Of a stretch of DNA of 64,000 nt, positions 26,312 to 40,600 are shown in pieces; the first letter of the stretch is position 1, and the number at the start of each line of letters is the position of its first letter. The stretch is taken from the NCBI RefSeq assembly GCF_009914755.1, contig NC_060938.1. One strand, given 5' to 3'. A program made the position numbers and the translations under genes. The DNA is from the human T2T-CHM13v2.0 reference genome, Homo sapiens. The notes beneath the pieces were generated by a model. The model worked only from the letters and a program-made list of their open reading frames with translations. It did no database searches and had not been told where the DNA came from.

Positions 26312-29300
26312 TATCCAAATATCCCCTCGCAGATTCTACAAAAAGAGTGTTTCAAAACTGCTCTGTAAAAAGAAAGGTTCAACTCTGTTAGTTGAGTACA
26401 CACATCACAAACAAGTTTCACAGAATGCTTCTTTCTAGCTTGTAGGGGAAGATATTCCCTTTATCACCATGGGCCTCCAACCGTCCGAAACGTCCACTTC
26501 CATATACTACAAAAAGAGCCTTTCAAACCTGCTCTATGAAAGGCAATGTTCAACTCTGTGACTTGAATGCAGACATCACAGAGCAGTTTCTGAGAATGCT
26601 TCTGTCTAGATTTTATAGGAAGATATTCCCGTTTCCAACGAAATCTTCACAGCTATCCAAATATCCACTTGCAGATTGTACAAAAAGATTGTATCAAAAC
26701 TGCTCTGTCAAAAGGAAGGTTCTTTTCTGTTAGGTGAGTGCATACGTCATAAAGGAGTTTCTGAGAATGTTTCTGTCTAGTGGTTATGGGAAGATATTTG
26801 CTTTTTCACCGTAGGCCTCAGAGCGCTCCAAATATCCACTTGCACATACTACAAAAAGAGTGCCTCAAAGCTGCTCTCTGAAACGGAATGTTCAACTCTA
26901 TGAGTTGAATGCAAACATCACAAAGACGTTTCTGAGAATGCTTCTGTCTAGATTTGATATGAAGATATTCCCGTTTCCAACGAAATCTTCAAATCTATCC
27001 AAATGTCCACTTGCAGATTCAACAAAAAGTGTTTTTCAGAACTGCTCTATCAAAAGAAAGATCCACCTCTGTTAGCTGAGTTCACACATCACAAACAAGT
27101 TTATGAGAATGCTTCTGTCTAGTTTTTATTTGAAGATATTTCCTTTCTCACCATAGAGCTGAAAGCTGTCCTAATGTTCACTTCCAGATACTACAGAAAG
27201 AGTGTTTCAAAACTGCTGTACGAAAGGGAATGTTCAACTCTGTGACTTGAATGCACACATCACAAAGAAGTTTCTGAGGATGGTGCTGTCTACTTTTTAT
27301 ACGTAATCCCGTTTCCAACGAAATCCTCCAAGCTATCCAAATATCCACTTGCAGATTCCACAGAAAGACTGTTTCAAAACTGCTCTGTCAATAGAAAGGT
27401 TCAACTCTGTTAGCTGCGTGCATATATCCCAAAGAAGATTCTGAGATTGCTTCTGTCTAGTTTTTATGGGAAGATATTTCCCTTTTCACCGTAGGTGTCA
27501 AGGCGCTCCAAATGTCCACTTCCAGATACTACAAAAAGAGTGTTTCAAACCTACTCTGTGAAAGGGAATATTCAACTCTGTGACTTGAATGCACATATCA
27601 CAAAGAAGTTTCTGACAATGCTTCTGTCGAGATTTTATATGAAGATATTCCCGTTTCCAACGAAATCCTGAAATCTATCCAAATATCCCCTCGCAGATTC
27701 TACAAAAAGAGTGTTTCAAAACTGCTCTGTGAAAAGAAAGGTTCAACTCTGTTAGTTGAGTACACACATCACAAACAAGTTTCACAGAATGCTTCTTTCT
27801 AGCTTGTAGGGGAAGATATTCCCTTTATCACCATGGGCCTCCAACCGTCCGAAACGTCCACTTCCATATACTACAAAAAGAGCGTTTCAAACCTGCTCTA
27901 TGAAAGGCAATGTTCAACTCTGTGACTTGAATGCAGACATCACAGAGCAGTTTCTGAGAATGCTTCTGTCTAGATTTTATAGGAAGATATTCCCGTTTCC
28001 AACGAAATCTTCACAGCTATCCAAATATCCACTTGCAGAATCTACAAAAAGAGTGTATCAAAACTGTTCTGTCAAAAGGAAGGTTCTTCTCTGTTAGGTG
28101 AGTGCATACGTCATAAAGGAGTTTCTGAGAATGTTTCTGTCTAGTGGTTATGGGAAGATATTTGCTTTTTCACCGTAGGCCTCAGAGCGCTCCAAATATC
28201 CACTTGCACATACTACAAAAAGAGTGCTTCAAAGCTGCTCTCTGAAACGGAATGTTCAACTCTATGAGTTGAATGCAAACATCACAAAGACGTTTCTGAG
28301 AATGCTTCTGTCTAGATTTGATATGAAGATATTCCCGTTTCCAACGAAATCTTCAAATCTATCCAAATGTCCACTTGCAGATTCAACAAAAAGTGTTTTT
28401 CAGAACTGCTCTATCAAAAGAAAGATCCACCTCTGTTAGCTGAGTTCACACATCACAAACAAATTTATGAGAATGCTTCTGTCTAGTTTTTATTTGAAGA
28501 TATTTCCTTTCTCACCATAGAGCTGAAAGCTGTCCTAATGTTCACTTCCAGATACTACAGAAAGAGTGTTTCAAAACTGCTGTACGAAAGGGAATGTTCA
28601 ACTCTGTGACTTGAATGCACACATCACAAAGAAGTTTCTGAGGATGCTGCTGTCTACTTTTTATACGTAATCCCGTTTCCAACGAAATCCCCCAAGCTAT
28701 CCAAATATCCACTTGCAGATTCCACAGAAAGACTGTTTCAAAACTGCTCTGTCAATAGAAAGGTTCAACTCTGTTAGCTGCGTGCATATATCCCAAAGAA
28801 GATTCTGAGATTGCTTCTGTCTAGTTTTTATGGGAAGATATTTCCCTTTTCACCGTAGGAGTCAAGGCGCTCCAAATGTCCACTTCCAGATACTACAAAA
28901 AGAGTGTTTCAAACCTACTCTGTGAAAGGGAATATTCAACTCTGTGACTTGAATGCACATATCACAAAGAAGTTTCTGAGAATGCTTCTGTCGAGATTTT
29001 ATATGAAGATATTCCCGTTTCCAACGAAATCCTGAAATGTATCCAAATATCCCCTCGCAGATTCTACAAAAAGAGTGTTTCAAAACTGCTCTGTGAAAAG
29101 AAAGGTTCAACTCTGTTAGTTGAGTACACACATCACAAACAAGTTTCACAGAATGCTTCTTTCTAGCTTGTAGGGGAAGATATTCCCTTTATCACCATGG
29201 GCCTCCAACCGTCCGAAACATCCACTTCCATATACTACAAAAAGAGCGTTTCAAACCTGCTCTATGAAAGGCAATGTTCAACTCTGTGACTTGAATGCAG

Positions 29301-32300
29301 ACATCACAGAGCAGTTTCTGAGAATGCTTCTGTCTAGATTTTATAGGAAGGTATTCCCGTTTCCAACGAAATCTTCACAGCTATCCAAATATCCACTTGC
29401 AGATTCTACAAAAAGAGTGTATCAAAACTGCTCTGTCAAAAGGAAGGTTCTTCTCTGTTAGTTGAGTGCATACGTCATAAAGGAGTTTCTGAGAATGTTT
29501 CTGTCTAGTGGTTATGGGAAGATATTTGCTTTTTCACCGTAGGCCTCAGAGCGCTCCAAATATCCACTTGCAGATACTACAAAAAGAGTGCTTCAAAGCT
29601 GCTCTCTGAAACGGAATGTTCAACTCTATGAGTTGAATGCAAACATCACAAAGACGTTTCTGAGAATGCTTCTGTCTAGATTTGATATGAAGATATTCCC
29701 GTTTCCAACGAAATCTTCAAATCTATCCAAATGTCCACTTGCAGATTCAACAAAAAGTGTTTTTCAGAACTGCTCTATCAAAAGAAAGATCCACCTCTGT
29801 TAGCTGAGTTCACACATCACAAACAAGTTTATGAGAATGCTTCTGTCTAGTTTTTATTTGAAGATATTTCCTTTCTCACCATAGAGCTGAAAGCTGTCCT
29901 AATGTTCACTTCCAGATACTACAGAAAGAGTGTTTCAAAACTGCTGTACGAAAGGGAATGTTCAACTCTGTGACTTGAATGCACACATCACAAAGAAGTT
30001 TCTGAGGATGCTGCTGTCTACTTTTTATACGTAATCCCGTTTCCAACGAAATCCTCCAAGCTATCCAAATATCCACTTGCAGATTCCACAGAAAGACTGT
30101 TTCAAAACTGCTCTGTCAATAGAAAGGTTCAACTCTGTTAGCTGCGTGCATATATCCCAAAGAAGATTCTGAGATTGCTTCTGTCTAGTTTTTATGGGAA
30201 GATATTTCCCTTTTCACCGTAGGTGTCAAGGCGCTCCAAATGTCCACTTCCAGATACTACAAAAAGAGTGTTTCAAACCTACTCTGTGAAAGGGAATATT
30301 CAACTCTGTGACTTGAATGCACATATCACAAGGAAGTTTCTGAGAATGCTTCTGTCGATCTTTTATATGAAGATATTCCCGTTTCCAACGAAATCCTGAA
30401 ATCTATCCAAATATCCCCTCGCAGATTCTACAAAAAGAGTGTTTCAAAACTGCTCTGTAAAAAGAAAGGTTCAACTCTGTTAGTTGAGTACACACATCAC
30501 AAACAAGTTTCACAGAATGCTTCTTTCTAGCTTGTAGGGGAAGATATTCCCTTTATCACCATGGGCCTCCAACCGTCCGAAACGTCCACTTCCATATACT
30601 ACAAAAAGAGCCTTTCAAACCTGCTCTATGAAAGGCAATGTTCAACTCTGTGACTTGAATGCAGACATCACAGAGCAGTTTCTGAGAATGCTTCTGTCTA
30701 GATTTTATAGGAAGATATTCCCGTTTCCAACGAAATCTTCACAGCTATCCAAATATCCACTTGCAGATTGTACAAAAAGATTGTATCAAAACTGCTCTGT
30801 CAAAAGGAAGGTTCTTTTCTGTTAGGTGAGTGCATACGTCATAAAGGAGTTTCTGAGAATGTTTCTGTCTAGTGGTTATGGGAAGATATTTGCTTTTTCA
30901 CCGTAGGCCTCAGAGCGCTCCAAATATCCACTTGCACATACTACAAAAAGAGTGCCTCAAAGCTGCTCTCTGAAACGGAATGTTCAACTCTATGAGTTGA
31001 ATGCAAACATCACAAAGACGTTTCTGAGAATGCTTCTGTCTAGATTTGATATGAAGATATTCCCGTTTCCAACGAAATCTTCAAATCTATCCAAATGTCC
31101 ACTTGCAGATTCAACAAAAAGTGTTTTTCAGAACTGCTCTATCAAAAGAAAGATCCACCTCTGTTAGCTGAGTTCACACATCACAAACAAGTTTATGAGA
31201 ATGCTTCTGTCTAGTTTTTATTTGAAGATATTTCCTTTCTCACCATAGAGCTGAAAGCTGTCCTAATGTTCACTTCCAGATACTACAGAAAGAGTGTTTC
31301 AAAACTGCTGTACGAAAGGGAATGTTCAACTCTGTGACTTGAATGCACACATCACAAAGAAGTTTCTGAGGATGGTGCTGTCTACTTTTTATACGTAATC
31401 CCGTTTCCAACGAAATCCTCCAAGCTATCCAAATATCCACTTGCAGATTCCACAGAAAGACTGTTTCAAAACTGCTCTGTCAATAGAAAGGTTCAACTCT
31501 GTTAGCTGCGTGCATATATCCCAAAGAAGATTCTGAGATTGCTTCTGTCTAGTTTTTATGGGAAGATATTTCCCTTTTCACCGTAGGTGTCAAGGCGCTC
31601 CAAATGTCCACTTCCAGATACTACAAAAAGAGTGTTTCAAACCTACTCTGTGAAAGGGAATATTCAACTCTGTGACTTGAATGCACATATCACAAAGAAG
31701 TTTCTGACAATGCTTCTGTCGAGATTTTATATGAAGATATTCCCGTTTCCAACGAAATCCTGAAATCTATCCAAATATCCCCTCGCAGATTCTACAAAAA
31801 GAGTGTTTCAAAACTGCTCTGTGAAAAGAAAGGTTCAACTCTGTTAGTTGAGTACACACATCACAAACAAGTTTCACAGAATGCTTCTTTCTAGCTTGTA
31901 GGGGAAGATATTCCCTTTATCACCATGGGCCTCCAACCGTCCGAAACGTCCACTTCCATATACTACAAAAAGAGCGTTTCAAACCTGCTCTATGAAAGGC
32001 AATGTTCAACTCTGTGACTTGAATGCAGACATCACAGAGCAGTTTCTGAGAATGCTTCTGTCTAGATTTTATAGGAAGATATTCCCGTTTCCAACGAAAT
32101 CTTCACAGCTATCCAAATATCCACTTGCAGAATCTACAAAAAGAGTGTATCAAAACTGTTCTGTCAAAAGGAAGGTTCTTCTCTGTTAGGTGAGTGCATA
32201 CGTCATAAAGGAGTTTCTGAGAATGTTTCTGTCTAGTGGTTATGGGAAGATATTTGCTTTTTCACCGTAGGCCTCAGAGCGCTCCAAATATCCACTTGCA

Positions 32301-34640
32301 CATACTACAAAAAGAGTGCTTCAAAGCTGCTCTCTGAAACGGAATGTTCAACTCTATGAGTTGAATGCAAACATCACAAAGACGTTTCTGAGAATGCTTC
32401 TGTCTAGATTTGATATGAAGATATTCCCGTTTCCAACGAAATCTTCAAATCTATCCAAATGTCCACTTGCAGATTCAACAAAAAGTGTTTTTCAGAACTG
32501 CTCTATCAAAAGAAAGATCCACCTCTGTTAGCTGAGTTCACACATCACAAACAAATTTATGAGAATGCTTCTGTCTAGTTTTTATTTGAAGATATTTCCT
32601 TTCTCACCATAGAGCTGAAAGCTGTCCTAATGTTCACTTCCAGATACTACAGAAAGAGTGTTTCAAAACTGCTGTACGAAAGGGAATGTTCAACTCTGTG
32701 ACTTGAATGCACACATCACAAAGAAGTTTCTGAGGATGCTGCTGTCTACTTTTTATACGTAATCCCGTTTCCAACGAAATCCCCCAAGCTATCCAAATAT
32801 CCACTTGCAGATTCCACAGAAAGACTGTTTCAAAACTGCTCTGTCAATAGAAAGGTTCAACTCTGTTAGCTGCGTGCATATATCCCAAAGAAGATTCTGA
32901 GATTGCTTCTGTCTAGTTTTTATGGGAAGATATTTCCCTTTTCACCGTAGGAGTCAAGGCGCTCCAAATGTCCACTTCCAGATACTACAAAAAGAGTGTT
33001 TCAAACCTACTCTGTGAAAGGGAATATTCAACTCTGTGACTTGAATGCACATATCACAAAGAAGTTTCTGAGAATGCTTCTGTCGAGATTTTATATGAAG
33101 ATATTCCCGTTTCCAACGAAATCCTGAAATGTATCCAAATATCCCCTCGCAGATTCTACAAAAAGAGTGTTTCAAAACTGCTCTGTGAAAAGAAAGGTTC
33201 AACTCTGTTAGTTGAGTACACACATCACAAACAAGTTTCACAGAATGCTTCTTTCTAGCTTGTAGGGGAAGATATTCCCTTTATCACCATGGGCCTCCAA
33301 CCGTCCGAAACATCCACTTCCATATACTACAAAAAGAGCGTTTCAAACCTGCTCTATGAAAGGCAATGTTCAACTCTGTGACTTGAATGCAGACATCACA
33401 GAGCAGTTTCTGAGAATGCTTCTGTCTAGATTTTATAGGAAGGTATTCCCGTTTCCAACGAAATCTTCACAGCTATCCAAATATCCACTTGCAGATTCTA
33501 CAAAAAGAGTGTATCAAAACTGCTCTGTCAAAAGGAAGGTTCTTCTCTGTTAGTTGAGTGCATACGTCATAAAGGAGTTTCTGAGAATGTTTCTGTCTAG
33601 TGGTTATGGGAAGATATTTGCTTTTTCACCGTAGGCCTCAGAGCGCTCCAAATATCCACTTGCAGATACTACAAAAAGAGTGCTTCAAAGCTGCTCTCTG
33701 AAACGGAATGTTCAACTCTATGAGTTGAATGCAAACATCACAAAGACGTTTCTGAGAATGCTTCTGTCTAGATTTGATATGAAGATATTCCCGTTTCCAA
33801 CGAAATCTTCAAATCTATCCAAATGTCCACTTGCAGATTCAACAAAAAGTGTTTTTCAGAACTGCTCTATCAAAAGAAAGATCCACCTCTGTTAGCTGAG
33901 TTCACACATCACAAACAAGTTTATGAGAATGCTTCTGTCTAGTTTTTATTTGAAGATATTTCCTTTCTCACCATAGAGCTGAAAGCTGTCCTAATGTTCA
34001 CTTCCAGATACTACAGAAAGAGTGTTTCAAAACTGCTGTACGAAAGGGAATGTTCAACTCTGTGACTTGAATGCACACATCACAAAGAAGTTTCTGAGGA
34101 TGCTGCTGTCTACTTTTTATACGTAATCCCGTTTCCAACGAAATCCTCCAAGCTATCCAAATATCCACTTGCAGATTCCACAGAAAGACTGTTTCAAAAC
34201 TGCTCTGTCAATAGAAAGGTTCAACTCTGTTAGCTGCGTGCATATATCCCAAAGAAGATTCTGAGATTGCTTCTGTCTAGTTTTTATGGGAAGATATTTC
34301 CCTTTTCACCGTAGGTGTCAAGGCGCTCCAAATGTCCACTTCCAGATACTACAAAAAGAGTGTTTCAAACCTACTCTGTGAAAGGGAATATTCAACTCTG
34401 TGACTTGAATGCACATATCACAAGGAAGTTTCTGAGAATGCTTCTGTCGATCTTTTATATGAAGATATTCCCGTTTCCAACGAAATCCTGAAATCTATCC
34501 AAATATCCCCTCGCAGATTCTACAAAAAGAGTGTTTCAAAACTGCTCTGTAAAAAGAAAGGTTCAACTCTGTTAGTTGAGTACACACATCACAAACAAGT
34601 TTCACAGAATGCTTCTTTCTAGCTTGTAGGGGAAGATATT
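26312..34640. repeat. Recent tandem duplication of a 3-HOR block (period 4092 bp)
   Basis: The ordered private variants GATTGTA/AGATTGT, TGGTGCTG, CTGACAAT, GCAGAATC, CTGTTCT, CAAATTTAT, ATCCCCCAA, AGGAGTC, AAGGTATT, TAGTTGAGTGC and TCGATC recur exactly 4092 bp apart. Limits are set by mismatches at 26311/30403 and 30549/34641. Confidence 0.85.
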
Positions 34641-37600
34641 TCCTTTATCACCATGGGCCTCCAACCGTCCGAAAAGTCCACTTCCATATACTACAAAAAG
34701 AGCGTTTCAAACCTGCTCTATGAAAGGCAATGTTCAACTCTGTGACTTGAATGCAGACATCACAGAGCAGTTTCTGAGAATGCTTCTGTCTAGATTTTAT
34801 AGGAAGATATTCCCGTTTCCAACGAAATCTTCACAGCTATCCAAATATCCACTTGCAGATTCTACAAAAAGAGTGTATCAAAACTGCTCTGTCAAAAGGA
34901 AGGTTCTTTTCTGTTAGGTGAGTGCATACGTCATAAAGGAGTTTCTGAGAATGTTTCTGTCTAGTGGTTATGGGAAGATATTTGCTTTTTCCCCGTAGGC
35001 CTCAGAGCGCTCCAAATATCCACTTGCACATACTACAAAAAGAGTGCTTCAAAGCTGCTCTCTGAAACGGAATGTTCAACTCTATGAGTTGAATGCAAAC
35101 ATCGCAAAGACGTTTCTGAGAATGCTTCTGTCTAGATTTGATATGAAGATATTCCCGTTTCCAACGAAATCTTCAAATCTATCCAAATGTCCACTTGCAG
35201 ATTCAACAAAAAGTGTTTTTCAGAACTGCTCTATCAAAAGAAAGATCCACCTCTGTTAGCTGAGTTCACACATCACAAACAAGTTTATGAGAATGCTTCT
35301 GTCTAGTTTTTATTTGAAGATATTTCCTTTCTCACCATAGACCTGAAAGCTGTCCTAATGTTCACTTCCAGATACTACAGAAAGAGTGTTTCAAAACTGC
35401 TGTACGAAAGGGAATGTTCAACTCTGTGACTTGAATGCACACATCAGAAAGAAGTTTCTGAGGATGCTGCTGTCTACTTTTTATACGTAATCCCGTTTCC
35501 AACGAAATCCTCCAAGCTATCCAAATATCCACTTGCAGATTCCACAGAAAGACTGTTTCAAAACTGCTCTGTCAATAGAAAGGTTCAACTCTGTTAGCTG
35601 CGTGCATATATCCCAAAGAAGATTCTGAGATTGCTTCTGTCTAGTTTTTATGGGAAGATATTTCCCTTTTCACCGTAGGTGTCAAGGCGCTCCAAATGTC
35701 CACTTCCAGATACTACAAAAAGAGTGTTTCAAACCTACTCTGTGAAAGGGAATATTCAACTCTGTGACTTGAATGCACATATCACAAGGAAGTTTCTGAG
35801 AATGCTTCTGTCGAGATTTTATATGAAGATATTCCCGTTTCCAACGAAATCCTGAAATGTATCCAAATATCCCCTCGCAGATTCTACAAAAAGAGTGTTT
35901 CAAAACTGCTCTGTAAAAAGAAAGGTTCAACTCTGTTAGTTGAGTACACACATCACAAACAAGTTTCACAGAATGCTTCTTTCTAGCTTGTAGGGGAAGA
36001 TATTCCCTTTATCACCATGGGCCTCCAACCGTCCGAAACGTCCACTTCCATATACTACAAAAAGAGCCTTTCAAACCTGCTCTATGAAAGGCAATGTTCA
36101 ACTCTGTGACTTGAATGCAGACATCACAGAGCAGTTTCTGAGAATGCTTCTGTCTAGATTTTATAGGAAGATATTCCCGTTTCCAACGAAATCTTCACAG
36201 CTATCCAAATATCCACTTGCAGATTGTACAAAAAGATTGTATCAAAACTGCTCTGTCAAAAGGAAGGTTCTTTTCTGTTAGGTGAGTGCATACGTCATAA
36301 AGGAGTTTCTGAGAATGTTTCTGTCTAGTGGTTATGGGAAGATATTTGCTTTTTCACCGTAGGCCTCAGAGCGCTCCAAATATCCACTTGCACATACTAC
36401 AAAAAGAGTGCTTCAAAGCTGCTCTCTGAAACGGAATGTTCAACTCTATGAGTTGAATGCAAACATCACAAAGACGTTTCTGAGAATGCTTCTGTCTAGA
36501 TTTGATATGAAGATATTCCCGTTTCCAACGAAATCTTCAAATCTATCCAAATGTCCACTTGCAGATTCAACAAAAAGTGTTTTTCAGAACTGCTCTATCA
36601 AAAGAAAGATCCACCTCTGTTAGCTGAGTTCACACATCACAAACAAATTTATGAGAATGCTTCTGTCTAGTTTTTATTTGAAGATATTTCCTTTCTCACC
36701 ATAGAGCTGAAAGCTGTCCTAATGTTCACTTCCAGATACTACAGAAAGAGTGTTTCAAAACTGCTGTACGAAAGGGAATGTTCAACTCTGTGACTTGAAT
36801 GCACACATCACAAAGAAGTTTCTGAGGATGCTGCTGTCTACTTTTTATACGTAATCCCGTTTCCAACGAAATCCCCCAAGCTATCCAAATATCCACTTGC
36901 AGATTCCACAGAAAGACTGTTTCAAAACTGCTCTGTCAATAGAAAGGTTCAACTCTGTTAGCTGCGTGCATATATCCCAAAGAAGATTCTGAGATTGCTT
37001 CTGTCTAGTTTTTATGGGAAGATATTTCCCTTTTCACCGTAGGAGTCAAGGCGCTCCAAATGTCCACTTCCAGATACTACAAAAAGAGTGTTTCAAACCT
37101 ACTCTGTGAAAGGGAATATTCAACTCTGTGACTTGAATGCACATATCACAAAGAAGTTTCTGAGAATGCTTCTGTCGAGATTTTATATGAAGATATTCCC
37201 GTTTCCAACGAAATCCTGAAATGTATCCAAATATCCCCTCGCAGATTCTACAAAAAGAGTGTTTCAAAACTGCTCTGTGAAAAGAAAAGTTCAACTCTGT
37301 TAGTTGAGTACACACATCACAAACAAGTTTCACAGAATGCTTCTTTCTAGCTTGTAGGGGAAGATATTCCCTTTATCACCATGGGCCTCCAACCGTCCGA
37401 AACATCCACTTCCATATACTACAAAAAGAGCGTTTCAAACCTGCTCTATGAAAGGCAATGTTCAACTCTGTGACTTGAATGCAGACATCACAGAGCAGTT
37501 TCTGAGAATGCTTCTGTCTAGATTTTATAGGAAGGTATTCCCGTTTCCAACGAAATCTTCACAGCTATCCAAATATCCACTTGCAGATTCTACAAAAAGA

Positions 37601-40600
37601 GTGTATCAAAACTGCTCTGTCAAAAGGAAGGTTCTTCTCTGTTAGGTGAGTGCATACGTCATAAAGGAGTTTCTGAGAATGTTTCTGTCTAGTGGTTATG
37701 GGAAGATATTTGCTTTTTCACCGTAGGCCTCAGAGCGCTCCAAATATCCACTTGCAGATACTACAAAAAGAGTGCTTCAAAGCTGCTCTCTGAAACGGAA
37801 TGTTCAACTCTATGAGTTGAATGCAAACATCACAAAGACGTTTCTGAGAATGCTTCTGTCTAGATTTGATATGAAGATATTCCCGTTTCCAACGAAATCT
37901 TCAAATCTATCCAAATGTCCACTTGCAGATTCAACAAAAAGGGTTTTTCAGAACTGCTCTATCAAAAGAAAGATCCACCTCTGTTAGCTGAGTTCACACA
38001 TCACAAACAAGTTTATGAGAATGCTTCTGTCTAGTTTTTATTTGAAGATATTTCCTTTCTCACCATAGAGCTGAAAGCTGTCCTAATGTTCACTTCCAGA
38101 TACTACAGAAAGAGTGTTTCAAAACTGCTGTACGAAAGGGAATGTTCAACTCTGTGACTTGAATGCACACATCACAAAGAAGTTTCTGAGGATGCTGCTG
38201 TCTACTTTTTATACGTAATCCCGTTTCCAACGAAATCCTCCAAGCTATCCAAATATCCACTTGCAGATTCCACAGAAAGACTGTTTCAAAACTGCTCTGT
38301 CAATAGAAAGGTTCAACTCTGTTAGCTGCGTGCATATATCCCAAAGAAGATTCTGAGATTGCTTCTGTCTAGTTTTTATGGGAAGATATTTCCCTTTTCA
38401 CCGTAGGTGTCAAGGCGCTCCAAATGTCCACTTCCAGATACTACAAAAAGAGTGTTTCAAACCTACTCTGTGAAAGGGAATATTCAACTCTGTGACTTGA
38501 ATGCACATATCACAAGGAAGTTTCTGAGAATGCTTCTGTCGATCTTTTATATGAAGATATTCCCGTTTCCAACGAAATCCTGAAATCTATCCAAATATCC
38601 CCTCGCAGATTCTACAAAAAGAGTGTTTCAAAACTGCTCTGTAAAAAGAAAGGTTCAACTCTGTTAGTTGAGTACACACATCACAAACAAGTTTCACAGA
38701 ATGCTTCTTTCTAGCTTGTAGGGGAAGATATTTCCTTTATCACCATGGGCCTCCAACCGTCCGAAAAGTCCACTTCCATATACTACAAAAAGAGCGTTTC
38801 AAACCTGCTCTATGAAAGGCAATGTTCAACTCTGTGACTTGAATGCAGACATCACAGAGCAGTTTCTGAGAATGCTTCTGTCTAGATTTTATAGGAAGAT
38901 ATTCCCGTTTCCAACGAAATCTTCACAGCTATCCAAATATCCACTTGCAGATTCTACAAAAAGAGTGTATCAAAACTGCTCTGTCAAAAGGAAGGTTCTT
39001 TTCTGTTAGGTGAGTGCATACGTCATAAAGGAGTTTCTGAGAATGTTTCTGTCTAGTGGTTATGGGAAGATATTTGCTTTTTCCCCGTAGGCCTCAGAGC
39101 GCTCCAAATATCCACTTGCACATACTACAAAAAGAGTGCTTCAAAGCTGCTCTCTGAAACGGAATGTTCAACTCTATGAGTTGAATGCAAACATCGCAAA
39201 GACGTTTCTGAGAATGCTTCTGTCTAGATTTGATATGAAGATATTCCCGTTTCCAACGAAATCTTCAAATCTATCCAAATGTCCACTTGCAGATTCAACA
39301 AAAAGTGTTTTTCAGAACTGCTCTATCAAAAGAAAGATCCACCTCTGTTAGCTGAGTTCACACATCACAAACAAGTTTATGAGAATGCTTCTGTCTAGTT
39401 TTTATTTGAAGATATTTCCTTTCTCACCATAGACCTGAAAGCTGTCCTAATGTTCACTTCCAGATACTACAGAAAGAGTGTTTCAAAACTGCTGTACGAA
39501 AGGGAATGTTCAACTCTGTGACTTGAATGCACACATCACAAAGAAGTTTCTGAGGATGCTGCTGTCTACTTTTTATACGTAATCCCGTTTCCAACGAAAT
39601 CCTCCAAGCTATCCAAATATCCACTTGCAGATTCCACAGAAAGACTGTTTCAAAACTGCTCTGTCAATAGAAAGGTTCAACTCTGTTAGCTGCGTGCATA
39701 TATCCCAAAGAAGATTCTGAGATTGCTTCTGTCTAGTTTTTATGGGAAGATATTTCCCTTTTCACCGTAGGTGTCAAGGCGCTCCAAATGTCCACTTCCA
39801 GATACTACAAAAAGAGTGTTTCAAACCTACTCTGTGAAAGGGAATATTCAACTCTGTGACTTGAATGCAGATATCACAAAGAAGTTTCTGAGAATGCTTC
39901 TGTCGAGATTTTATATGAAGATATTCCCGTTTCCAATGAAATCCTGAAATGTATCCAAATATCCCCTCGCAGATTCTACAAAAAGAGTGTTTCAAAACTG
40001 CTCTGTAAAAAGAAAGGTTCAACTCTGTTAGTTGAGTACACACATCACAAACAAGTTTCACACAATGCTTCTTTCTAGCTTGTAGGGGAAGATATTCCCT
40101 TTATCACCATGGGCCTCCAACCGTCCGAAACATCCACTTCCCTATACTACAAAAAGAGCGTTTCAAACCTGCTCTATGAAAGGCAATGTTCAACTCTGTG
40201 ACTTGAATGCAGACATCACAGAGCAGTTTCTGAGAATGCTTCTGTCTAGATTTTATAGGAAGATATTCCCGTTTCCAACGAAATCTTCACAGCTATCCAA
40301 ATATCCACTTGCAGATTCTACAAAAAGAGTGTATCAAAACTGCTCTGTCAAAAGGAAGGTTCTTCTCTGTTAGGTGAGTGCATACGTCATAAAGGAGTTT
40401 CTGAGAATGTTTCTGTCTAGTGGTTATGGGAAGATATTTGCTTTTTCACCGTAGGCCTCAGAGCGCTCCAAATATCCACTTGCACATACTACAAAAAGAG
40501 TGCTTCAAAGCTGCTCTCTGAAACGGAATGTTCAACTCTATGAGTTGAATGCAAACATCACAAAGACGTTTCTGAGAATGCTTCTGTCTAGATTTGATAT

